This document shows positions 1 through 18,735 of a DNA stretch of 64,000 bases, in pieces (position 1 is the stretch's first letter; each line of letters begins with the position of its first letter). The DNA is taken from NCBI RefSeq assembly GCF_009914755.1, contig NC_060925.1; one strand, 5' to 3'. Below the pieces are notes generated by a model. It did not search any database, was not told the DNA's origin, and was given only the letters and a program-made list of their open reading frames with translations. Both the position numbers and the translations under genes were made by a program. Source of the DNA: the human T2T-CHM13v2.0 reference genome, Homo sapiens.

Positions 1-20
1 CCTATCACCAACATCCAATT

Positions 21-331
21 GTATTTTATTTTATTCTTTTTTTTTTCTGAGACAGAATCTCACTCTGTTGCCCAGGCTAGAGTGCAGTGGCACAATCTCG
101 GCTAACCGCAACCTCTTGCCTCCCGGGTTCAAGCTATTCTCCTGCCTCGGCCTCCTGAGTAGTTGGGATTACAGGTGTGTGCCACCACACCTGGCAAATT
201 TTTGTATTTTTAGTAGAGACAGGGTTTCACAATGTTGGCCAGGCTGGTTTTGAACTCCTGACCTCAAGTGATCCGCCTGCTTCAGCCTCCCAAAGTGCTG
301 GGATTACAGGTGTGAGCTACTGTGCCTGGCC
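21..331 (-). mobile_element. AluS (Sx/Sz-like)
   Basis: Full dimeric Alu in antisense; TSD aacatccaatt at 10-20 and 332-342. Confidence 0.9.
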
Positions 332-1743
332 AACATCCAATTTTAGATCATTTCCATTACCGCACCTCTGTGTCTACTTGCTATGGTGATCCCCTTTTCC
401 ATCCCCAGCCTGGGGCAACCACCTTGTTCTGTCTATAGATTTGCCTTTCCCCATAATTTCAAATACATGGAATTACACAATATATGTAGCGTTTTGTTCA
501 CAACATAAGTATATAGGTTTCTTTCACTTAGCATAATGCTTTTGAGCTTCATTCATGTTATGTATCAGCATTTTGTTCTTTTATGTTGCTGAAATGCATT
601 TCATTGTATAGATAATACCACATTTTCTTCATTCATTGATAAATTGATGGACATGTTTGGATGTTTCTACGTTTTGGCTGTTATGACTAATGCTGCTGTG
701 AATATTTGCCTACAAATCTTTGTGTGGATATATGTTTTCATTTTTCTTGGGTGATTCCTGAGGAGAGGAATTGCTGGATCTTATGGTAAATTCGTGTTTT
801 TAAGAAACTGCCAAACTGTTTTCCAAACGGAAAATAGCCAGTAATGTTTGAACTTACCAGTTGTTCCACAACCTCACCAACACTTGGTATTGTCTGATTT
901 TTTAACTGTAGCCATTCTAGCAGGTGTGCAGTGGCATTTCACCATAGTATTAATTTCAGTTTCCTAATGGCTAATGATGTTGAGCATGTTTTCCTCTGCT
1001 TTTTTCATATATCTTTGGTGAAATGTCCATTAAAATCTACCCATTTTTTTGATTGGGTTATCATTGAGTTGTAAGAGTTCTGAATATATTCTGTATAAAC
1101 AGTCTTATCAGATAAGTGATTTGTAAATATTTTCTCCCCAGTCTGTAGCCTTTTAGTTTTCTTAGTGGTGTCATTTGAAGCTCAAAAGCTTTTAGCTTTG
1201 ATATGATGTATAATTTATATATATTTTTTCTTTTTTGGGTTATGCCTGTCATACCCAGGAACTTTTCGAGTATCCCAAGATCATGAAGATTTTCTTCTGT
1301 TTACTTTTAGAAGTTTTAATGTTACAGGTCTGTGATTCATTTTTAGTTCATTTTATATACGGTGTGAAGGAACGGTCTAAATTCATCTTCTGGTGTGTGT
1401 ATATCTAATATTCTGAGCATCATTTGTTGAAAAGACTATCCTCATTGAATCACCTTGGGACTCTTGCTGAAAGTAAATTGACTGTAATTATAATGGCTTA
1501 TTTCTGGACTGTTGATAGTTCTATTAATCTACGTGCCTGTCTTATCCTAGAACCATACTGTCTTGATTACTGTAGCTTTTTAAGTATTGAAGTCAGCTAG
1601 TGTAAGTTTGCCTACTTTACTTTTTCAAAATTGTTATGGCAATTTTGAGTTCTTTGAACTTCCATAAAAATTTTTAGTGGCAGCTTATCCATGTGAACAA
1701 AAAATTCTCATAGAATTTTAAAATTATTTTATTATTTTACTTC

Positions 1744-2039
1744 TTTTTTTTTTTTTTTTAAAGAATTGGGGTCTCACTTTTTTCACCGAGGCTGGGATGC
1801 AATGGCACAATAATAGCTCACTTTAACCTCAAACTCTTGGGCTCAAGGGATCCTCCCACCTCAGCCTCCCAAGTAACTGGGACAGGAACCACCACACCCA
1901 GCTTATTTTTAAATTTTTTTGTAGAGACAGGTTCTCACTGTGTTGCCCAGGCTGGTCTTGAACTCCTAGCCTTAAGTAATTCTCTTGCCTCAGCCTCCCA
2001 AAGTGCTGGGAATACAGGTGTGAGTCACCACACCTGGCT
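1744..2039 (-). mobile_element. AluJ
   Basis: Antisense Alu with J-type positions (atagctcact, gggctcaagggatcctccc). Confidence 0.85.
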
Positions 2040-2203
2040 GAAGGTATTGGAAACACCTGCTAAAATCCTTCAGTTTGATGCTCTCCCAACTGAGTTATTT
2101 TGGCTTGCTCCTCAGAATTCTGATTAGAATTGTATTGAATCTGTAGTTCAGTTTGGGGAAAATTGTCATTTTAACAATATTATCTTGCAATCCATGAAAA
2201 TGA

Positions 2204-2527
<324 letters not shown>

Positions 2528-2659
2528 GATATTCTGTAATTTCTTTAAGCAATGTTTCATAATTTTCAGGGTATAAGTCTGGAGCTTCTTGCCTTAAATT
2601 TATTTGTAAGCATTTTAATCTTATGATGCTGTTTTGAATTAAACTGTTTTTTTTTCCAT

Positions 2660-4380
2660 GTAGTATTATGCTTTAATGGTTCATTCATGTTGTAGCATGC
2701 ATCAGTACTTTATCCATTTTTGTGATTATGTAATATTCTTTTGTGTGGCTATGGATATACTACATTTTGTTTATCTACAGTGTGTGTTGGTGCATATTTG
2801 GGTTGTTCCCCTTTTGGCTATTATGAATGGTGCTGTTATGAATATTGACATACAAGTTCTTGTGCAGACAGGTATTTTTGTTTCTCGTAGGTATACCTAG
2901 GAGTGGAATTTAGGTGGGAAGTTTTTTTTTTTTTATTGGAGATTTAGAGGGTGTGTATGTATGTACATATATTTATGTTTTTAAGGTTCATCCAGGTTGT
3001 AGCATGTATCAGTAGTTCATTCCTTATTATGGCTAAATAATAGTTCATTGAATGGATATGAATATACCACATTTTGCTTATCCATTCATTAGTTGATAGA
3101 CATTCAGATTGTTTTTGCTTATGGCTGTTATGAAAAATGCTTCATTTGATCCTTTTTTATAATTTTGATTTATTTATATTTGCTATTTTATGAGTCATAG
3201 TCCTTTTAATTCTTTAATCATGTTTTCCCTTGATAATATGAACATATTTTTAATAGCTGCTTTGAAGTTTTTGCCAAGTCCAACATCTTTGTTCCCTCAC
3301 AGATAGTTTCGATTGACTGGTTACCTCCCATGTTTGGGTCACATACTTTCCTGTGTCTTTGTATGTCCTGTAATTTTTTTTTGTTGGAAAATCTATATTT
3401 TGGATAATATACGATAGAACTCTAAGTTCTGATGTTTTTTTTCTTCCTGAGGATTCTTGCCATTTTATGTTAGTGTGTTTAGTAACTAATACTTTTTGTT
3501 AGTGTGTTTAGTCCATAGTAAATCTGTGGAGTCCATTTCCTGTGAAGTGTGTGACTGCTGATATCTCTGCCCAATATTTAATTCTAATTTTATTTTTAAG
3601 CCAGGCTATATAGGGGTTAGACCTGTGTCAGCATAGCTTTGTGGTCAGCCAGTGCTCGGTCATTGCTTGTGCTTAAACACCTGTGCCATTATATGCTTTC
3701 CTTTTAATGCTGATGATTTTTTAATGTGTTTTCAAAGTCTCAGCTGTTTTAAAATTTGCCCTGGCTTTTACTTTCCTCTGAAGTCTTGAATTTCCTCTGT
3801 GCCTGTGCACTGTCTCATGGTTTGCCAGGTATTCGTGGATAGCTTGACCCCTCTCTGGTCTCTACACAGATGGGTAGTGAGCTTTATGAAGACCCCCTGT
3901 GGCTGTGTTATTTTCTGGATCTCCCTGCTGTCTGGTCTTTTCCTGACTGCAACTTCAGGTGTGCTGAGCCATCACTTTTCCTTGCCATATATTTGGCCCT
4001 GAGATTGCTACTATTATTGACAATATTTGGGGTGGATTTTTTTTTTTTTCTGTGCTTCAATCCAAATCACATTAGCCTCCTCAAAAGTGAACCTGCTGGT
4101 TTTCAAGACTTGCCTTGCCCTTATATAATTACTGTGACCACTCAGCTGGGATGGGGGTTGGGAGGAACTGAGGCAAGAACATCACAGACGTCCATAGTTC
4201 TTACCTGTGGTTCTGTGGTTTCTCGGTAACCACTCTTTCATTTGCTTTATGCTTTTAGTCAATTTCCAGAGCCCTCAATGGTGGTTTTGACAGATTTCTC
4301 CAGATTTATAATTGCCTTTTGGGGAAAGCATTTGCTGGATCTCCTCACTTAACTATACCAGAAGTCCTTCCCTGCTAGAC
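2660..4380 (-). mobile_element. Old L1M fragments (two 3'UTR pieces followed by ORF1/5' region)
   Basis: ggttcatccatgttgtagcatg-type segments at about 2678 and 2985, and an L1M 5'-region motif (aatagctgctttgaag...tttgggtcaca). Confidence 0.55.
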
Positions 4381-5633
4381 TCTTCATTAACAGAAAAACT
4401 TTGAGATACTATATATCCCAAAATTTCTATGAAATTTTTTTACTGCATACTCAGAAACACCTAAAAGGTTATTTTTGAATTAGAAGTTTAAAATTAGGAT
4501 TGTGGCATTATTTTACTGCTACATCCCTCTAGTTCCTGTATAACAGTTTTTGTTGTGTTTCATTAAATATTTGTTCTTTCCTATTTATTTTTTATAACAG
4601 TGTTTGTTAAACTAGGTAAATAAAATATTTAGGATTATGAGCTAAAACATTTTGCATTTTAAATTTTATCTTACAAGAAGATCTTATGTCAACTAATAAT
4701 AAACATTTATTGAGTGCCTACATTGTTCTAAATACTCTGTGTGTATTTTTTATTTTGCATGAAATATGTAAAATAAAATAATGTCTTAGTTAGAAGACAT
4801 TTTATAGGTCGGTAACTTAAATCGCACACCTAGTGGTAGAAGAGGTAGTTAATAGTTGAAAGATACTTTGTTTTAACATTAACTTTATCTTTTGACATTC
4901 TCTAGAATACTTGGAAATCTTGATTTGGTTTGGATATTGTTTAAAAGATGGCTTAGTCTAGAATAGATATTCTTTTTGGAGAAAAGTTCAAATATAAGCT
5001 GTAATCTGAATATTGTAATAAAGTGTAGAATAAAGTAATACAAATTGTCGCTCCTAAAGAGAATAATCATTTTTAAGGTTTTAGTTCACATAACACTAAG
5101 GGAAGTAAAATGTGGTAATTTGAGAGGGACCATTTCAAATTTCTGTTCCTTAAAAACAAGCTGACAGAGAAGGGACTTCTGATTAGGTAAAGATAGTAAT
5201 TGAGTTTTTTTTGTGCTGAAGTAGAGAGGAAATGGGGGCTTGTAATTCTTTTGAGCTTTATTATTCTGTTAGTAGTGTTTGGAGGCATAGAACTGTTGGT
5301 AGAAGGTAGAGGGGAAGGTATTAAGGAGCAGAAGAGCTATTGTTTTAATTATTTAAGGATTATAAGCTCTTCTATTGTGATTGGAGCATACATAAAGCTA
5401 TAGCACAGCATCATACCACCACTACTTGTCTGGTGATATCATTCTCTAGCTGCATGTAGAGTAAGATTAACTTTCTGAGGCGTGAATTTGCAAACCTAAA
5501 TAGGGAATTAAAATGATAGCCACATAGAGAAATCAATTTTATATTTATTTTTTATATCTTTAAAAAATATCTCTACTAAAAGTACCTTAATTTTTTTTGT
5601 TTTACCTATATTGTATACAAGTGGTTCTCAAAC

Positions 5634-10081
<4,448 letters not shown>

Positions 10082-10084
10082 GAA

Positions 10085-10250
10085 TTTTAAAATAATAGTC
10101 TATTTCTAGGGCAGTTTAGGTTTATAGAAAAATTGTGCAGAAAGTACAGAGTTTTCTCATATATCTCTTCTTCCTCCCCAGCCCCCAGTTTCTGCCATTA
10201 AATATCTTGGGTTGGTGTAGTACGTTTGTTACAGTCGATGAGATATACCT
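10085..10250 (-). mobile_element. L1MC/MD-like 3' end fragment
   Basis: gcagtttaggtttatagaaaaattgtgcagaaagtacagag resembles the L1MC/MD 3' terminus. Confidence 0.6.
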
Positions 10251-10406
10251 ATTGTTTTTTTTTGAAAACACTTGTCATCTAGTTTAATAGATTAGTATAG
10301 TCGTTTCTGTACATCTTTACACATACTTAATTGGGATAACTATTTTTTATTTAGTGTTGTTTATGCTCTTAATGCTAATGAAACACAATTGCTCTTATCT
10401 CTTTAG

Positions 10407-10500
10407 GGTGGAATAATTAATGATAGTTCTGAATTAATTGGTCCTGCTGAAGCTCACTCAGATTCCCTCATTGATACCTTTCCTGAGTGTAGTACGGAAG
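10407..10500 (+). CDS. RPS6KC1: RPS6KC1 internal coding exon (94 nt, phase 0 to 1; probably exon 5), GGIINDSSELIGPAEAHSDSLIDTFPECSTE(G)
   Basis: Acceptor ctcttatctctttag|G and donor GAAG|gtaaga. The translation matches the recalled RPS6KC1 sequence just after the PX domain and joins in frame to the 22595 exon. Too short to appear in the ORF track. Confidence 0.95.
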
Positions 10501-10811
10501 GTAAGAGATTTTAATTTTTTTGCATTTCAAAGGTTTGGATTACAGAAGACTATAAATCATATCTGCATTGCAAAAAGACAGATGTATATAGGAATTTGAG
10601 GGTATTTCACTGATTCTAAGATGCTTTTTTTCTTTACATTTTATTATCACTGATGTTGGGTGCATGATATTGGGTCAGGCATATCTCATATTTAATTGGC
10701 AGCTTTTTTTTTTCATAGTGGTATATAAAATAATGATTCATCCTCCAATTAATGGTATCTTAGAATTGATGAAATATGGTATAATGAGTAGTTCAGAATT
10801 TGTATTGTCTA

Positions 10812-11194
<383 letters not shown>

Positions 11195-12253
11195 TTAGTC
11201 ATTTAGCCACAAAGAATAAACCCTAAGGCAGTTTTAATGTTTTTGATATGTTTTTAAATAAAATGAGTCTAAATCAAGTTTTAATCACTTTCATTCAAGA
11301 ATGCTTAATCTCTTGTTTTATTCTTCTATTAAGGTACACTTGAATTTATACATTTCAGCCTTTGGATTTCTGTAACTAGTTTTTTTTCAGGGAAGGTTAC
11401 GGAAAAAAAAAGATTTGGGGGCAGGGGTAGGAGGGATTTTTAAAATCAAAATAGATAATTAGATTTGTTTTAGGTGGCTTAGGTTTGGTTTATTAAAGGT
11501 AAAATAATAAACTAAATAATATTGCTTATCTCTTTCATGAGTAAGAGTTTATGGTGGAGGAGGATGCTTTATGAGGATGAGGTAGCCATCATCTCATTGT
11601 AGTGTTGTTTTTGTGAGGGTATGTACTCCTGTCATACAGCAGCAGCCACACTAACATAAATCTCTTGCAGTAAATTTCCATCGTGATTTGGTAAGAGCAA
11701 CGTGTTCTTATTTATTATGTGGGCTGGTGCACTTAAGTTTTTTTTTTCTTTTGGTACTACCGTATTGAGAAGTGGTTAGCTTTTATTCTTTTTCATTGTA
11801 CTTTCCATTGACTTAGCATCTATTTATTTAAACTTAGTGTTCTGTGTAATGCATGGGGGCCACATGCCCAGGGGTCTTCACTGAGTTCTCAGTATCTTTG
11901 ACTCCACCCTGATTCTGCCAGGGTCATAGAAAAACATTGTTGACAGTAATTTTACTTTATAATCTATTATTTTTTTTGTGTGTGTGTCGGGGGCGGTGGT
12001 GGTAAAATATCTGTTCTTTGTGACCTATTTTAATCAGAGATCCTTGCGAAGGTTTGGAAAATCTAGTCCCTGCTTGGGATCCCAATGTGATTCTAATAGA
12101 ACCAGTTTCCTCGGAAGGTGACTTTTCTGTATAACCTAAGCTGGCTGTTGCCTCAGTTTCCCTACTCCTGAGAAAGAGGAGTGCACATTTTCCACCTGAT
12201 TCCATACTGATTCTGTGAGAACAAGTAGGAGAGTTAGAAATATTTGTAGGAGA

Positions 12254-12646
<393 letters not shown>

Positions 12647-12944
12647 TCAAAGGTTCTGTGATATGGGAGTAGTTATATTCTTCTGATATCTATAATAAGC
12701 TTCTGTTACTAGGTGGGAGTCAACCATGGTGAAAGAACGGTATCTTAGGAGCCTATTTTAGTATAAGGCAATCATGGATGCAAGCTCTGCAGAGATCTTT
12801 CTGTTCTTTGCTGTAGTCTAGGCCAGAAAGGGAGAAGCATGATTATTAGGAATGAGGTTTCTTGGGATGGTATTCTAAAATACTGATGCTGTTCAAGGTG
12901 AACAGATGGCTGTATTAATGCTAAAGGAGACACAACCTAAAGCT

Positions 12945-13077
12945 AGGGTGAGCATGTAGTTTATTCTCCAAACTGGGACACTTCTGAGAATTATAGACAG
13001 TGCTATTAATAATTATACCAAGACCACAAACATGACACAGGACAGCCTCAGGCAAACTGAGCTGTAAGGGTGACCCT
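12945..13077. mobile_element. MER96-like hAT MITE
   Basis: tagggtga...ccaaactgggacac...gctattaataatta...gggtgaccct matches the recalled MER96 layout, with agggtgacc-type TIRs. Confidence 0.7.
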
Positions 13078-14032
13078 TCCTAAAGCAGTTGTTTCAGAGT
13101 TTACCTCTGAAGTTTCAAAAAGATGTGTTTTCTTTGGAAGGATTTATCTTTTAGGAATGTGCTTTTATGAGAGAAATTGGGGCTAACATTTCTGTCAAAA
13201 ACACGGAAAATGACTTATGACATCTAAAAGGAATATTGACATTTTATCCTGTCAGTGCGGTTTAGTTTTTCAACTATGTTACCATCTCTGAAACACACTG
13301 TGATCCATGAAGAATGAAAACCATGGAACTGGAAATGCTGTTAATGGTTATGTTGTTTTTCTCCCCTCCCTTTAAAAGTTGCATGCCTGGCAAATTAATC
13401 CTGCTGAAAGATATTAGGTTGATAAATACAGATAGATCAAAGTGTCAGACAGCTTGCAAATTCATTGTTATTTGAGAGGGAAAATGGCTTTTAAATATCG
13501 TAAGATTGTTTGGCATAGTGGGAAAGTGGAAGATTTACTTCATACCAAAAGGTCTGCAAACTCTGGAGACAACCAGGGAGAGGAACATCTAGTAGCAAAA
13601 GAGCAGGAAAGCCAGCAGCCAGCCAAGCCCCACAGGTACGCAGTGAAATGGAGGGTTGTTAGAGGGATCGTGGTGACAAATGCTTGTGTTTTGGATTTAG
13701 AGCTAAAATGTGAGGAAGTGATTCACCCCATGAAAACTTCTCTAAATGTACTATTTTAAGCCATGTTTTAAAGGTGGATTGTCATTTTTCATATTTGTGA
13801 ATTAGCTAGCTGGTGGAGTGAGGCAGAGGGGGTAAATCTTAATATATAGTCTGCTGTTTCAATGTTCTTTAGTTACAGTTAGAGTGACATGGCAAGTTGA
13901 TCACTTCTCAGAGAACAGAGGTAGAGGTGAAGTGATCATTATTTTTGTTAATATCTTAAAATGCAGTCAACAGATCCTAATATACTTTGAAATGAAAGTT
14001 TTCTGAGGAAAACATGACGATCTGGGTGTCTG

Positions 14033-14308
14033 TTTATTTGTTTTGTGATAGGGTCTCACCGTGTTACCCAGGCTTAGTGCAGCCTTCATGTCCTGGGCTC
14101 AAGTGATTCTCCTTCCTCAGCCTCCTGAGTAGCTGGGACTACAGGCAGGCACAACCATGCCTGGCTAATTTTTCTTTTTAAATTTTTTGTAGAAATGGGG
14201 TCTCACTGTGCTGCCCAGGCAGCTCTCGAACTCTTAGACGCAAGTGATTCTCCTGGCCTTGGCCTCCCAAAGTGCTCGCATTATGGGTGTGAGCCACTGT
14301 GCTTGGCC
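14033..14308 (-). mobile_element. AluJ with internal deletion
   Basis: Antisense Alu; the right arm is shortened (ggcttagtgcagcc). Confidence 0.8.
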
Positions 14309-14882
14309 TGTTTTTTAAAATTACAGTTACTTTGTAGTAGCATGGGATAGAGAAACCCCTTTAAGGTTTTGTAAAAAATAATTTGGTGATAAACTGGTAA
14401 ATATAGTTTGTTTAATATGAAATTGAAAATTAAGAAATTATTTGGTAGGTTTTTAAACAAAATATTGTTTTACATTTTAAAAATGAAATCCTGGTTACTC
14501 TTTATCTCCTTTGTTCAAAGAAGTTAAACTATATTTTTTCAAAGATGAAAGAAGATGTAATTGGTTGCTAACATCTTATTTCTATTATGTCTATTTCAAC
14601 TTATGTCTTTTCCTTGAATTAAATTTAGCCGTGAAGTTACTAGGACATTTGTAGAAACCTGCCCAAATCGGTGCATATCAGTTGAGCTCCTTGACATATT
14701 TCTCTCACCTGTTGGCCTTTTTGAAGGGTGTAGATTGCTTTGGTGCCATGCTGGCCTTGATATCAGAGACTTGGATGTTGGTATAGTCTCATCTGGTAAC
14801 CTGTGTCATTTCCTCTTCCTAATACATCACTTTTCAGTTTGGGGAGGGACATTTTTTCTGGTTCATGCAGCAAATGAGAGAA

Positions 14883-15324
14883 AATAATTAGGTAATTGTA
14901 ACCACAAAGAAAAATTGAATGATCAGCTTATTGTATGTAGCATATCTTAAGAATGAATATGCTTAAATGTCTTCTGGAATAACAAAATCTACCCCCACCT
15001 TTTTTTGGCTGGAAATTGTGAATTAAGAACTCCTCAAGTGCTTATTGTAACTATTGTAGAGACACGAAAGGATCTATTAAACTGTCTTGAATTAACTATT
15101 TTAAAGTAAATGAAATGTGCATTTTGAGGATAGCATCTATTGCTCGTCTTTGTAACGGATCCCTTAAATGACATTAAGGTCAAGATTTGTATGTTTATTT
15201 GATGGCAGGTGGGGGTAGATTTTGTTATTCCAGGAGACATTTAAGAATATTAATTCTTAAGATCTGCTACATGCAATAAGCTGATCACTCAATTTGTCTT
15301 TGTGGTTACAGCCACCTAATAATT
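14883..15324. repeat. Long inverted repeat: 118-bp arms (14883-15000 and 15207-15324) with a 206-bp spacer
   Basis: Manual alignment of arm 1 to the reverse complement of arm 2 gives 11 mismatches in 118 nt with no gaps. The innermost about 27 nt are identical (ctggaataacaaaatctacccccacct / aggtgggggtagattttgttattccag). Confidence 0.95.
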
Positions 15325-15725
15325 CTTTACGGTGTGTAGACAGACATGAAGATTGTGATTAAACTGTGTTAAATTGAATGGCGTTGATTATATTTAAAGC
15401 ACTGGTTGGTCTAATTGGAAAGGTGTATAGTTATTTAAGTTTGAAAAAAATCTGTATCGAAATACCATTTATTTTGTCTTATTATTTGTGTTATTTTCAT
15501 TTAATAGATTTAAACTTGACACTTTGAGGCAAGATCATTTTAAATAGGAATATTTGTCACATGATTGGTTACTTAATAACCTAAATCTATTTTCAAGACA
15601 AACTTAAAGTCTATTTACTACATAATATAGTGTGAGATGACAAAATACAGAAAGTATTAAATATTAATTTAAATGTAAATTTATAGAAAGTGCAAGTAAT
15701 TTAAAGTAAAATTAAGTGCAAATGT

Positions 15726-15739
15726 CCACTAGGTGGCAC
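15726..15739 (+). promoter_or_regulatory. CTCF core motif
   Basis: CCACTAGGTGGCAC matches the consensus CCASYAGRKGGCRS at every position and lies in non-repeat, AT-rich sequence. Confidence 0.7.
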
Positions 15740-18239
15740 CATAAGAACTCTAAATCTTGTTACTGGTATTTTTCTAGGCCCTTTGGTGTTATGTATGTTA
15801 GAATATCTCTTGCATACTCAGCTTGAAGAGATTCTTTTTTCTGTTATGTGCTTATTTACCCAACTTATTTTTATTCCCTGCCCCCAGTTGAATTTTCCTT
15901 GGTAGTGGAGCTTGACAAAAACAACAGGTCATTTTTTCCCCCCAAGATAGCCACAAATGAGAATGTACCAGTGTGTGTAAATGATACACATGACACTGAT
16001 GATAAATATTGACTCTTACAAATTCTAGGGCTATTGAGGATAATATTGGATATTAGGAGTTTAGGGGTTGGGTGGGACAAATAACAGAAAATTCATGGTA
16101 TGCCATGGGAATCATTATAAATGATACACTTAAATGTCTTATTTCACAATTACAGAGTTTGAATTTCAGAGAAGTTTAGCCATGTGCCGAAGATACTCCA
16201 GGTATTTGATAGCACTCACAGAACTATATTTTGAAATGAAGAGATTTCATTTTATGGAGGGGAGGCGGGGAGAAGACATATTTGGTATAGAAAACTCAGC
16301 ATGAGCTACTTGCATACTGGTAATGGGCTTGATGTCCTGGAGGCTAGAGAAAGTTATGGAGAGTAGCAGAGTATAAAGTTCATTTGGCAAAAAATGAAGC
16401 CAAGTGATGGATCTTTATTATGATAAGATAGCAGTATTAGGGTTGTAATTAAGATTGCTGTGTTGTTTTCTGGGCTTATTTTGTTGTTTTACCAAATCTG
16501 TACGAGGTATTCTGAGGCTCTTTTTGTACATTTTCAAGGATGAAGCATAATAGACATGACCCAAGAACGTTATAAAAATGTGAAACTTCAAAGGAAAGGT
16601 TCTTTTTTGTAACAATAGCTATTACTAAATGATGAATAGGGAATCACATACAGGAATCTTAACTAGCATTAAGCTTTGGATTTAGGTATTCACTTAAAAT
16701 CATATTTATAAGGGCTTCTTTCTTAATGGAAACTGGTATGTATGTCTTCTACCTTAGGGTAACCTTTGTTCTACTGGCTAGATAACTTGCTTTGTGCATG
16801 GCGCATGAGTCATTGCTACTAGGAAAAATAGAAATTCCTTTTTGTTGACTATGGCAATATTTGAACCTCAGGGCTCAGTGAAAGCTATCAGCTAATAATA
16901 ATGAGGCCATGTATTTTATATATAGTCACCCATGAGAGACCACCTGTTGTTCTAAAGGAAACCGATCTCTTTTTACAGATGGTCTTCAAATACAGATTTC
17001 TGATAGTTTATAGTATAAAGATTTATTCTATGGCAACTCAACCTGTTCCCCTGGGGCCTGTCTTTCAGAGATGGTGTCCTAGACAGATTTCACTATACTG
17101 CCCTACTCTGAGCAGTTCAAAGCACAGAGGTAAGGGTAGGTAGGTGAACTGGGATGCTAAATAAACGCCTATGTCTGTAGCTGCTTTTTAACAAGTCACC
17201 TGGGGCCCTCTAATAGCCCTGAGACTTGAATTTCTGTGATACGAACCTGGAGGCAGAACGCTTTCATAGAACCTTTGACTTTTTCCCCTTGTATCACTTC
17301 CAAAAAAAGCTTAGGTTTTTGCCTTGATGGTGTTGGTGAAGGATGCACCTTTTACTCTTGCGATGGCCCAGAGGGCCTCTTTAAGTATGGGGTTGACTTC
17401 AGGTTGGTTTAACTTTTGACAAATAGTCTCTGTATTATGTCAAATGTCAGTGATTGCCCTGCCTTATCCACAATGTCCTTCCTACCTAGACTGAGAACCT
17501 GTCGCTTGTTGCTCCCTATATCTTTCTTGTTAACTTTCTTTCTGGGCTTCAGGGAGCTAGTTTGCGTTTCGTATGATATTTATATATAGTTTTGTATGAA
17601 ATAAGTTGAATTGTAGTGTGATTTCTAGGAGTTGAACAAGCACTGTATTAAGCAGATGTGTTAAGTATATAATATAAATAAACTAGGCATTGAATATTTA
17701 CATATAATATGTTTATAAATAAGATTCATTGCTGTGGTGGTGAAAGGAGTTTTTAAATGTTATCTTCCTCGAGCTGGCCGGAGAATACGTCATTGAGAAG
17801 AAGGGAATTTAGAAACTGCTTAAATATGGAAGAGAAAGATATCAGTGAGTACTAGAAGATGATTGGTTGCATTGTGTGGTCGAGGAGATATGGTAGGGTT
17901 AGGCTTTTCAGGCATGGTAAGATGCAACTTCAAGAGGATAATTAAAGGAATAAGGTGGGCAAGGAAGAGGTGTCAGGGGTTTGCCTGCTTTAAACAGATC
18001 TGCCTTTGTACTCGTGTCTAACTCCTTTTTTAAGTTTGGAATTCTTGACGCTAGCTGCTGGTTGATCCATAGAGGTTTATATTTCACAAATGATGCCTGT
18101 ATAACTTTCTTTTACTCAGATAAATTCCCAATATTGGCCCTTGATGCATCTCTTTTGATATCTTTCAGATACTGAACTTAAGGGCTTACCATACACAAAG
18201 TATATTATTAAATTCTATATTATAGAATTACCTATAATC

Positions 18240-18630
18240 TTACCATACACAGAAAATCACTGTTAATAGTGTATGTTTCTAGCCTTTTTTCTGTGTGTGT
18301 TTGTTTTTAAAGTAGAATTAAGTATACATACTCATTTGTAGTTTGTTGTTTTTGCATAATATAAGACACTTTAGCATTAAATATTCTATAAAATGATTTT
18401 AATAGCTGTATAATATTTTATCATAAGGAGATATCATAATCTATTATTAGGAATTTGTTATTGCCACATTTTTACTAATTTTTGTGATGGACAGATGGAC
18501 ATTCTTGTATGTAGATCTTTTTTGTACACCTCTGATAGGTTTTGGTATAAATTGCTGAATTTCTGGGTGAAAGAAGCAATTTTGCGCTTTTGATATGCAT
18601 TGGCAAATTGTCCTCTAAAAAGGTTAAAGT
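18240..18630 (-). mobile_element. Degenerate L1ME fragment
   Basis: ggacattcttgtatgtagatct...gcttttgatatgcattggcaaattgtcctc resembles the L1ME 3' region. Confidence 0.5.
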
Positions 18631-18695
18631 AGATGTCTTTTTATTTCTCTTTGCTTCTTCTGGTTTGGCTATATAAATTTCTCTTTTTTATCTGC

Positions 18696-18696
<1 letters not shown>

Positions 18697-18728
<32 letters not shown>
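18697..18728. repeat. (TG)16 microsatellite
   Basis: Directly visible. Confidence 0.95.

Positions 18729-18735
<7 letters not shown>

Noticed and set aside
68-389. Recurrent short ORFs such as MPRLECSG.../[14 protein letters not shown] throughout the window
   Set aside because: These are standard antisense Alu translations.
13442-13759. 105-aa ORF in unique sequence (similarly 18887-19225)
   Set aside because: Non-ATG start, no recognisable domain or splice-site framing, and a length compatible with chance.
16806-16812. AP-1 site TGAGTCA
   Set aside because: A single 7-mer is expected by chance several times in 64 kb, and there is no supporting cluster.
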